Assembly: GCA_944320625.1 (NCBI GenBank)
Contig: CALUIG010000002.1
Coordinates: forward strand, 3,803-67,802
Direction: 5' to 3'
DNA from: an uncultured Alistipes sp.
GTDB lineage: Bacteria > Bacteroidota > Bacteroidia > Bacteroidales > Rikenellaceae
Length of the DNA stretch: 64,000 nucleotides
A program made the translations under genes and the position numbers. Positions 50,130 through 58,147 of the stretch are shown here, one piece after another. The notes beneath the pieces were generated by a model. That model made no database searches and was not told the origin of the DNA. It saw only the letters and a program-made list of their open reading frames with translations. Position 1 is the stretch's first letter. Every line of letters starts with the position of its first letter.

Positions 50130-50162
50130 AAGAAAAAACCCCGGAATCCGGGGCTTTTTCTT
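50130..50162. terminator. Bidirectional terminator between convergent glycosylation genes
   Basis: AAGAAAAA-A-CCCCGG-aat-CCGGGG-C-TTTTTCTT. Confidence 0.7.
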
Positions 50163-50193
50163 ATTTCCTGACATGGCAAGGGGAGGGCTGGAT

Positions 50194-50562
50194 TCAGAAC
50201 GTGAAAAAGTAGTTCATGAAAAAGTTCCAGAAGGTCACCACCCCGATGGCGAAGAGTTTCGCCAGGTAGAAATTCAACCGGAAACGGCCGTGCAACACGT
50301 AGATCGTGGCGTTGTTGATCACCAGTCCGACCAGGGCGATCGCCAGGAAACGAAGGTACTGCCCGGCAATGTCGGGATTCTCGTTGTGGAACGTCCACAA
50401 CCGGTTGAAGATGTAGTTCGTGGTCGAGGCGCAGAGGAATCCCAGCGAATTGGCCACGTACTTGTTCAGCCGCAGCCACTCCTTGCACGCATAGGTGATG
50501 CCGAAATCGACAAACACCCCGGAACCGCCTACCACACAGAATTTCAGAAACTGCTCGATCAT
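50194..50562 (-). CDS. GtrA-family flippase-like protein
   Basis: QFLKFCVVGGSG..VDF, NYIFNRLWTF, FWNF; 4 TM segments. Confidence 0.92.
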   Translation of the reverse strand: MIEQFLKFCVVGGSGVFVDFGITYACKEWLRLNKYVANSLGFLCASTTNYIFNRLWTFHNENPDIAGQYLRFLAIALVGLVINNATIYVLHGRFRLNFYLAKLFAIGVVTFWNFFMNYFFTF

Positions 50563-52280
50563 CGTTGTTCGTTCATCCCGCCGACCTCGGTCGGAACGGG
50601 TTTTCCGTTAAACCAGTTCGTATAACCTTCACGGCGCAGGGCGAATCCCGCGTCGAACGTCTCTCCGGCAAGCTGTTCCGGAACCCGGAAGCACACCTCA
50701 CGCATCACCGTCGTATCGGCCGGCAGCGTGAAATGCGCCCCGGTCGAAAACTCCTCGACACGGAAACGTCCGTGTTTCCAGAGCATCGTCAGCGACGTGT
50801 CACCCTCTCCGATGCGGATCGCGTAGGGGTAGGGATTTTCGAGCCGCAGCGTCAGGTGCAGCGTATCGCCCGCAAGGACCCGTTCGGGGAGCCCTTGGAA
50901 GGAGATGTCGACCCGCCGCACGGGATGGAACGAAGAGTCGACGAACCATGTGAAGGTCCGGCCATTGGCCAGGCGGATGGTCCGCACGTCACGCGTAGAG
51001 TCGGCGTCGGGCGTACACTCGACGAGCACCTCGCGGCCCGTGAAGCGCGTATCGTCGTCACGGAACTGCCACTGGTGGGTCCGGTAGCGGATATTGGGCT
51101 GGCAGTAGGCCTCGCCCCCGGTGTAGAAGGCATATTTGGCCGCCGTGGCATAGCCGTGGCGGAAGACGACCGGACGCCCGGCCGCTTCGGCGGCAATGGC
51201 TCCGTAGCTTTCGGGATTGTGGAACACCTCGAAGCGGATGCCCGTCGGGTTGAAGATCATCACCAGCCGCACCACAACGACCAGCACAACGGTCGTCAGG
51301 CCGGCCCTCAGGACGTAACGCCGCGTGCGGGGATGGCGCCGGGCGTAGTCGAACAGCAGGTAGAGGAGTCCGAACGAGGCGACGATGACCCACTGGGGCT
51401 GGACGTAGCCGCGCAGCGACGAGAGCAGGAAGAAGCCGATGAAACCCACGGGCAGCAGCCGCAGAAGCCGTTCGAGGGGTGTACGGCCGCGGTTCTTGCG
51501 CCACGCCTGGACGTAGAGCGGCACGAAGAAGGGATTGAAGACCACGAGCATGTTGGCCAGGAAATCCGTGACGTAGCTCACGCGGAAGAGGGCATTGCGT
51601 CCCGAAAGATGATAGGCGAACGAGGCCCAGTCGTGGTGGTATTGCCAGAGGAGGTGCGGGACGAGCAGCAGCAGCGTCACGGCACCGGCCAGGTAGAGGC
51701 CCGGGCGCAGGAAGAGGCGGCGCGGTGTGACCGTCAGGGCGAACAGCACGACCAGCGCCCCGTGGTATTTGCTGTAAGCCATCAGGGCCATCGTGACACC
51801 GAGCCAGAGCCACGCCCCGGGACGTTCCCCGGTGAAGCGGCGGAACGCCCACAGGAAGAGTGCGGAGGTGAAGAGCAGCGGTCCATCGGGCACGGCGATG
51901 AAACCGTAGAGCTGCAGCATGAGCGTGGCGGCCGCGATCGTCACGAAGAGTACGGCATCACGGCGCGCAGCATCCGCGGGGCGGATCAGACGCCACAGCA
52001 CCCACAGATAGAGGGGTTGCAGCAGCGTGAAGCAGAACCGCACGCCCAACTCCCCGCCGAAGAGGCGTTCGCCCAGCCAGACCAGCAGGGCCGTCATGGG
52101 CGGGTGGTCGAAATAGCCCCACGAGAGGTGTTCGGCAAACATGTGGTAATAGGCCTCGTCGTTGGCCAGCTGCGTGCAGCCAGCCTGGATGACATTGGCC
52201 AGCCACCACACCCCGAGCCAGCAGAGGACCAACCGGTCGGGCCCCCACGAAGCGTACCACTTTCCGAGCGATGCTTTCAT
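50559..52280 (-). CDS. ArnT/GT39-family membrane glycosyltransferase
   Basis: DEAYY..LSWGYFDHPP, PDGPL, SKYHG, PHLLWQ; TACCTTTG at 52289-52296; 4-nt overlap with gtrA. Confidence 0.88.
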   Translation of the reverse strand: MKASLGKWYASWGPDRLVLCWLGVWWLANVIQAGCTQLANDEAYYHMFAEHLSWGYFDHPPMTALLVWLGERLFGGELGVRFCFTLLQPLYLWVLWRLIRPADAARRDAVLFVTIAAATLMLQLYGFIAVPDGPLLFTSALFLWAFRRFTGERPGAWLWLGVTMALMAYSKYHGALVVLFALTVTPRRLFLRPGLYLAGAVTLLLLVPHLLWQYHHDWASFAYHLSGRNALFRVSYVTDFLANMLVVFNPFFVPLYVQAWRKNRGRTPLERLLRLLPVGFIGFFLLSSLRGYVQPQWVIVASFGLLYLLFDYARRHPRTRRYVLRAGLTTVVLVVVVRLVMIFNPTGIRFEVFHNPESYGAIAAEAAGRPVVFRHGYATAAKYAFYTGGEAYCQPNIRYRTHQWQFRDDDTRFTGREVLVECTPDADSTRDVRTIRLANGRTFTWFVDSSFHPVRRVDISFQGLPERVLAGDTLHLTLRLENPYPYAIRIGEGDTSLTMLWKHGRFRVEEFSTGAHFTLPADTTVMREVCFRVPEQLAGETFDAGFALRREGYTNWFNGKPVPTEVGGMNEQR

Positions 52281-52477
52281 ACCGTCGGCAAAGGTAGGAA
52301 TTTTTCCCGGGATTCGCCACAGACCCGCCGGTTTTGTCCCGATTCGGGGTGCGGAATTCCGGAATCCGCCCTGCAGATCTCCCGAAGCGGGCTTCGCGGG
52401 GCTGTTCATAACTTGTTCATTAAAATTTCCCCCGAAAAGATTGCGCTTCTCCGAACTATCCCTATCTTTGTTCCCGA

Positions 52478-52643
52478 GCAAGGTTCCCAGCCGGCGGCTG
52501 CCGGCCCGGGATCAAAAGGGAACTCCTGTGCAAATCAGGGACTATGCCCGTAGCTGTAAGCTCCGAAAAAGGCTGCACACTCTCTGCCACTGTCCTGTGG
52601 GGACGGGAAGGCGTGCGGCGGGAGCGAGTCAGAAGACCTGCCT
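52478..52643 (+). ncRNA. Cobalamin riboswitch
   Basis: AGGTTCC..AAAAGGGAACTCCTGTGCAAATCAGGGACTATGCCCGTAGCTGTAA..GCCACTG..GGGAAGGC..GAGTCAGAAGACCTGCCT; TATCTTTG at 52463-52470. Boundaries approximate. Confidence 0.93.
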
Positions 52644-52829
52644 TGCCGAACCGGCCGAAACCCTCGGGATGTCAGGGCAACGCCGCAACTGTTTTTACTT
52701 TTTTTGAACATACGATCCCCGGTACGACGGCCTGTCGTACGACGTTCCGTGCACCCCCTTTGCGCCGTGCCGGAGCCGTTCGCCCGTCTGCCGGAACGAT
52801 TGTGCAAACCCTAAACTCATTGGACCATT

Positions 52830-54965
52830 ATGGGCATTTCGGAACTCTACATCGTCAAGCGCGACGGAAAACGAGAGGCTTTCTCCGTCGAAAAGATCAA
52901 ACGCGCCGTCAGCAAGGCCTTTCTCTCCGTAGGCGGATACGCCACGGACGATGACCTCACGGCCATACTCAGCCGTGTGCACGTCGCCGACGGAATGTCC
53001 GTCGAGGAGATTCAGAACCAGGTCGAGGTGGCCCTGATGGCCGAGCACTGTTTCGCCGTGGCCAAAAGCTACATGCTCTATCGCCAGAAGCACACCGAAG
53101 AGCGCGAGGAACGTGAAAAACTCCGCTTCCTCACCGACTACTGCGCCGCCTCGAACCCCGCCTCCGGATCGAAGTACGACGCAAACGCCAACGTCGAAAA
53201 CAAGAACATCGCCACCCTGATCGGCGAACTCCCCAAACAGAACTTCATCCGCCTGAACCGCCGCCTGCTCACCGACCGAATCCGTGAAATGTACGGCAAG
53301 GAGCTGGCCGACAAGTACATCCACCTGCTCAAAAGCCACTTCATCTACAAGAACGACGAAACCTCGATGGCCAACTACTGCGCCTCGATCACGATGTACC
53401 CCTGGCTGCTCGGAGGAACGATCTCCATCGGCGGAAACTCCACCCGGCCCACGAACCTCAAGTCCTTCTGCGGCGGATTCGTCAACATGGTCTTCATCGT
53501 CTCGTCGATGTTGTCCGGAGCCTGCGCCACCCCCGAGTTCCTCATGTACATGAACTACTTCATCGGACTGGAGTACGGCGAGGACTACTACACGCGCGCC
53601 GACGAGGTGGTCGACCTCTCGCGCAAACGCCGGACCCTCGACAAGGTCATCACCGACTGCTTCGAGCAGATCGTCTACTCGATCAACCAACCCACCGGAG
53701 CCCGGAACTTCCAGGCCGTCTTCTGGAACGTCGCCTACTATGACCGCTACTATTTCGAGGCGCTCTTCGGGGAGTTCCGATTCCCCGACGGTTCGCGTCC
53801 CCACTGGGAGTCGCTCTCGTGGCTGCAGAAGCGCTTCATGCGTTGGTTCAACCGCGAACGGACCCGCACCGTACTCACCTTCCCCGTCGAGACGATGGCC
53901 CTGCTCACCAGGGACGGCGATGTCCTGGACCGCGAATGGGGCGACTTCACCGCCGAGATGTATGCCGCCGGGCACTCCTTTTTCACCTACATCAGCGACA
54001 ACGCCGACTCGCTCTCGTCGTGCTGCCGCCTGCGTAATGAGATCCAGGACAACGGCTTCAGCTACACGCTCGGGGCCGGAGGCGTCTCCACCGGTTCGAA
54101 GAGCGTGCTGACGGTCAACCTCAACCGCTGCATCCAGAATGCCGCACGCAACGGCATGCACTACCTCACCTTCCTGGAGGAGGTCGTCGACCTCACGCAC
54201 AAGGTCCAGACCGCCTACAACGAAAACCTCAAGGAGCTGCAGGACAAGGGGATGCTGCCGCTGTTCGACGCCGGATACATCAACCTCTCGCGGCAGTATC
54301 TGACCATCGGCGTCAACGGGCTGGTCGAGGCCGCCGAGTTCCTCGGCATCGAGATCAACGACAACGACCGCTACGCCTCGTTCGTCGAGGAGGTGCTGGG
54401 GCTCATCGAGCGATACAATCACAAATACCGTTCGAAGGAGCTGATGTTCAACTGCGAGATGATCCCCGCGGAGAACGTCGGCGTCAAGCACGCCAAATGG
54501 GACCGTGAGGACGGTTATGCCGTGCCGCGCGACTGCTACAACTCCTATTTCTACGTCGTCGAGGACCCCTCGCTGAACATCATCGACAAGTTCCGCCTCC
54601 ACGGACGCCGCTACATCGAACACCTCACCGGAGGTTCGGCCCTGCACATGAACCTCGAGGAGCATCTCTCGAAAGAGCAATACCGCCACCTGCTGCGCGT
54701 GGCCGCTGCGGAAGGGTGCAACTACTTTACGTTCAACATTCCGAATACGGTCTGCAACCGCTGCGGGCACATCGACAAACGCTATCTGAAGGAGTGTCCG
54801 GAGTGCCACTCGACAGACATCGACTACCTCACGCGCGTGATCGGATACATGAAACGCGTCTCGAACTTCTCTGCCGCACGCCAACAGGAGGCCGCACGCC
54901 GCTTCTATGCCTCCGCGGAGAAGTCCCCCGAAAACATCCGTCCGGAAAAAGCCGCCAACGCATGA
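52830..54965 (+). CDS. nrdD: Anaerobic (class III) ribonucleoside-triphosphate reductase
   Basis: ATP cone IVKRDG; SCCRLRN; zinc site CNRC..CPEC; glycyl-radical loop TRVIGY. Confidence 0.95.
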   Translation: MGISELYIVKRDGKREAFSVEKIKRAVSKAFLSVGGYATDDDLTAILSRVHVADGMSVEEIQNQVEVALMAEHCFAVAKSYMLYRQKHTEEREEREKLRFLTDYCAASNPASGSKYDANANVENKNIATLIGELPKQNFIRLNRRLLTDRIREMYGKELADKYIHLLKSHFIYKNDETSMANYCASITMYPWLLGGTISIGGNSTRPTNLKSFCGGFVNMVFIVSSMLSGACATPEFLMYMNYFIGLEYGEDYYTRADEVVDLSRKRRTLDKVITDCFEQIVYSINQPTGARNFQAVFWNVAYYDRYYFEALFGEFRFPDGSRPHWESLSWLQKRFMRWFNRERTRTVLTFPVETMALLTRDGDVLDREWGDFTAEMYAAGHSFFTYISDNADSLSSCCRLRNEIQDNGFSYTLGAGGVSTGSKSVLTVNLNRCIQNAARNGMHYLTFLEEVVDLTHKVQTAYNENLKELQDKGMLPLFDAGYINLSRQYLTIGVNGLVEAAEFLGIEINDNDRYASFVEEVLGLIERYNHKYRSKELMFNCEMIPAENVGVKHAKWDREDGYAVPRDCYNSYFYVVEDPSLNIIDKFRLHGRRYIEHLTGGSALHMNLEEHLSKEQYRHLLRVAAAEGCNYFTFNIPNTVCNRCGHIDKRYLKECPECHSTDIDYLTRVIGYMKRVSNFSAARQQEAARRFYASAEKSPENIRPEKAANA

Positions 54966-55435
54966 TCCGCTACCACAACTTCGACATCGTCTTCGCGGAG
55001 ATTCCCGACGAGACGACCCTGGCCATCAACCTCACCGGTTGTCCGAACCGCTGCCCGGGGTGTCACAGCCCCCACCTGTGCAGCGACACGGGACGCCGAC
55101 TCGACGAAGAGGAGCTCGCGGGTCTGCTCCAGATCTACGGACGGGCCGTTACCTGCGTCTGCTTCATGGGCGGCGATGCCGACCCGTGTGGAGTGGTCCG
55201 GCTGGCGGAGTTCCTCCGGCGGGAGTGGCCGGGGCTGCGCGTGGGCTGGTATTCGGGGCGCACGAACCTGCCCGAAGGGGTGGCACCGGAGGCGTTCGAC
55301 TACGTGAAACTCGGTCCCTGGATCGAGGCCCGAGGCCCGCTGACCGCTCCCACCACCAATCAGCGGCTCTACCGCATCGGGCAGGACGGGACGATGACCG
55401 ACATCACCGCACGCTTCCGCCGAAATGCCGTATGA
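54962..55435 (+). CDS. nrdG: Anaerobic RNR activating radical-SAM protein
   Basis: ATGA overlap with nrdD; GCPNRCPGCHS, CFMGGD, TTNQRLY. Confidence 0.93.
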   Translation: MIRYHNFDIVFAEIPDETTLAINLTGCPNRCPGCHSPHLCSDTGRRLDEEELAGLLQIYGRAVTCVCFMGGDADPCGVVRLAEFLRREWPGLRVGWYSGRTNLPEGVAPEAFDYVKLGPWIEARGPLTAPTTNQRLYRIGQDGTMTDITARFRRNAV

Positions 55436-55526
55436 CACTCCCGGGAGCCGGAAATGACCCAGAGATTAGTAACCCCTTCGCGTCGTCTGCCATACGACCC
55501 GTTCCGGCTCCCGAAGAGTGTTCCCG

Positions 55527-55567
55527 ATGCCGCAGCTCCCGATCCCCGGGTGCGCGGCATTTTTTTT
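55527..55567 (+). terminator. Intrinsic terminator after nrdDG
   Basis: ATGCCGC..CCCG-atccc-CGGG..GCGGCAT followed by T7. Confidence 0.65.
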
Positions 55568-55618
55568 GTCCCGGCCGCATGGGGAATCTCCGAAAAAACG
55601 TATTTTTGCCCCCGAATT

Positions 55619-56386
55619 ATGAAAACCAGGCACGAACTGACCGAAATCCTCGATTTCATCGCCGAATATGCCACCTACCTGCTCGGATCGGGGGTCCATA
55701 CCTCGCGGGCGATCCGCAACTCGCAGCGTATCGGCGAGTCGCTGGGCGTCGACATCCAGTTGTCGAGCTTCCAGCGCAGCACGATCCTTACGGTCCGGGA
55801 CGAGGAGAGCGGCGAAGCCCTCACCCGCGTGGTGAAGATCCCCGCACTGCCGATCAGCTTCGAACGCAACTCCGATCTGAGCGCCCTGAGCTGGGACGCC
55901 CTCGACGAACGGCTCCCGCTCGCCGAGATCCGCCGCCGCTATGCCCTCCTCATCGAAAAACCGCGCATCGATCCGATTTTCGTCCTGGTCACCGTGGGAC
56001 TGGCCAACGCCTCGTTCTGCCGACTCTTCGGCGGAGACTGGACCGCCGTGGCCATCGTCTTCACCTCGACCCTCGTGGGATTCGCCGCCCGGCAGCGCAT
56101 GCAGGCTCACGGCGTCAACCACTTTCTGATCTTCATCATCGCGGCATTCATGGCCTCGCTCTGTGCGTCGGTCGCCCTGCGCTTCGACTGCACGGCCGAA
56201 ACCGCCCTCGCCACGAGCGTCCTGTTCCTCGTTCCCGGCGTCCCCCTGATCAACGGCGTGATCGACATCGTCGAGGGACACATTCTCATCGGATGCAGCC
56301 GCCTGATCAACGCCCTGCTGCTGATCATCTGCATCGCCGTCGGGCTCGCAGCCACGCTTCTCATGGTCAAAGACAGCCTGCTATGA
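55619..56386 (+). CDS. ThrE-family threonine/serine exporter (YjjP-like)
   Basis: LLGSGVHTSRA, ASFCRLFGGDW, LVPGVPLINGV; TATTTTTG at 55601-55608. Confidence 0.88.
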   Translation: MKTRHELTEILDFIAEYATYLLGSGVHTSRAIRNSQRIGESLGVDIQLSSFQRSTILTVRDEESGEALTRVVKIPALPISFERNSDLSALSWDALDERLPLAEIRRRYALLIEKPRIDPIFVLVTVGLANASFCRLFGGDWTAVAIVFTSTLVGFAARQRMQAHGVNHFLIFIIAAFMASLCASVALRFDCTAETALATSVLFLVPGVPLINGVIDIVEGHILIGCSRLINALLLIICIAVGLAATLLMVKDSLL

Positions 56387-56955
56387 TCGCTGCGGATATT
56401 CTTCTCGACGGGCTCTTCGCGGCCGTGGCCGCCATCGGATTCGGAGCCATTTCCGATCCCCCGATGCGGGCCTTCCCGCGCATCGCCCTGCTCGCCGCCG
56501 CAGGTCATGCGCTGCGTTTCTGTCTGATGAATTACGCCGGAGTCGACATCGCCTCGGCATCGCTCTCGGCCGCCATGCTTATCGGCTTCGGAAGCCTCTG
56601 GCTCGGACGCGAGATCCGCTGTCCAATGACCGTTCTCTACATCCCGGCACTGCTGCCCATGGTCCCCGGAATCTATGCCTACAAGAGCGTCTTCTCGCTG
56701 ATCATGTTCCTGCAGTCGCTCAACGATCCCGGACAGGGCATGCAGTACATGCAGCTCTTCTTCCTCAACGCCACGGTCTCGCTGAGCGTCATCGCCCTGT
56801 TGGCCGCCGGAGCCACGCTGCCGATCTTCGTCTTCAACCGCCGGGCATTCTCCCTTACCCGCCGCCGGAGAGGCGACCGGACCGCTCCCGAGCCCCTGGA
56901 AAGGATGGAATCCCACACGCACCGTCACCCCGAATCCCGCAATTCCGACGAATAG
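56383..56955 (+). CDS. ThrE_2-family exporter subunit (YjjB-like)
   Basis: ATGA overlap; AAVAAIGFGAI, IPALLPMVPGIYAY. Confidence 0.88.
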   Translation: MIAADILLDGLFAAVAAIGFGAISDPPMRAFPRIALLAAAGHALRFCLMNYAGVDIASASLSAAMLIGFGSLWLGREIRCPMTVLYIPALLPMVPGIYAYKSVFSLIMFLQSLNDPGQGMQYMQLFFLNATVSLSVIALLAAGATLPIFVFNRRAFSLTRRRRGDRTAPEPLERMESHTHRHPESRNSDE

Positions 56956-56964
56956 CCGCCCGTC

Positions 56965-57702
56965 ATGGAAATCTTCTGGAATACGATCGCCGACTACAAC
57001 GCCGCCACCTGGCCCGCACAGCTGCTGCTGACAGGAATCGGTGCCGTACTGACCCTTTTGCTTTACAAACGCCCCTCGGACGCCGTGTGCACGGCCATGA
57101 AGATCTACATGGCGGCACTCAACTTCTGGATCGCCGGCATCTACTACCTCGTCTATGGCGGGCCCCGGGAATACCACCGCATGCTGGCACTCTTCTGGGC
57201 CATCATGGGCTGCATCTGGATCTACGACCTCGTGGTGAAGCACGCCTCGCTCTCCCGAAAAGGCCATCATACGCTCTTTGCAGGCATACTTTTTGTCATG
57301 CCGCTCGTCTATCCGCTCGTCTCGCTGGCCCTGGGCCGCACATTCCCGATGATGACCTCACCCGTCATGCCCTGCTCGGTAGCCGTATTCACCATCGGGC
57401 TGATGCTGGCCTTTGCGGAACGGGTCAACATCGTCCTGGCCATGTTCCTCTGCCACTGGGCACTGATCGGGCTCTCAAAGGTCTATTTCTTCGGAATTCC
57501 CGAGGACTATCTGCTGGCATGCAGCGTCGTGCCGGCCCTCTATCTCTTCTTCCGCGAATACATCCGCAGCCTCGCCGGCAGCGCATCGAAACCATCGCCT
57601 CGCGTACTGAATGCCCTGTTGGTGGTTCTCTGTGCGATCATCGGCGGGTTCTTCGTCTTCACGCTGCTGCACCAGTTCAACCTTTTCACGGAGACAATAT
57701 AG
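56965..57702 (+). CDS. Membrane protein (DUF6064-like)
   Basis: FWNTIADYNAATWP, PCSVAVFTIG, GIPEDY; about 7 TM segments. Confidence 0.75.
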   Translation: MEIFWNTIADYNAATWPAQLLLTGIGAVLTLLLYKRPSDAVCTAMKIYMAALNFWIAGIYYLVYGGPREYHRMLALFWAIMGCIWIYDLVVKHASLSRKGHHTLFAGILFVMPLVYPLVSLALGRTFPMMTSPVMPCSVAVFTIGLMLAFAERVNIVLAMFLCHWALIGLSKVYFFGIPEDYLLACSVVPALYLFFREYIRSLAGSASKPSPRVLNALLVVLCAIIGGFFVFTLLHQFNLFTETI

Positions 57703-57912
57703 TCCCGCAACCAAGGCTCCACACACTTCGAAAGGCCGACAATCTTCCCGATTGAGCGGCCTTTTTCCGTCATGTTCCACCCGTCCGCGGCACACTATGC
57801 AGCGAATCATACCGGGACATGTCAATATTTCACATCCATGCCCGCAGAGCCCGGTCTTCGTCCGTTTCGAATTACAAAAAAAGCCCGATCGCAACGCGTC
57901 GGGTTATAAATC

Positions 57913-58118
57913 TATCTCCTTTTAAGAGATCGAGTCGGTTGGGGACAAAGATAGTAAAAAAACGGTTCCACGGTCATTCCACGTTACAATTTTTTGCGTT
58001 CCGGGTTACGGAAAATCTGCACGATTATCGGTTTGTTGCCCGGAAAAACTCGTCCACTCCTGCTCGAAACCCCGGAGAACCGGTTACAGATTGAAATAAT
58101 ATCTCTTAAAAGGAGATA
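57913..58118. promoter_or_regulatory. Candidate invertible promoter: 18-bp inverted repeats flanking a 170-bp segment with an outward-facing -7 element (OFF for susC)
   Basis: TATCTCCTTTTAAGAGAT (57913-57930) is the exact reverse complement of ATCTCTTAAAAGGAGATA (58101-58118); TATCTTTG on the minus strand at 57946-57953. Confidence 0.8.
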
Positions 58119-58147
58119 TTAACAATTATTAACTCAAATTTCAGCTT

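Noticed and set aside
57475-57894. 139-aa minus-strand ORF as the target of the outward-facing promoter
   Set aside because: Non-ATG start, overlaps the DUF6064-like gene antisense and has no protein-like features. A small RNA there cannot be excluded.
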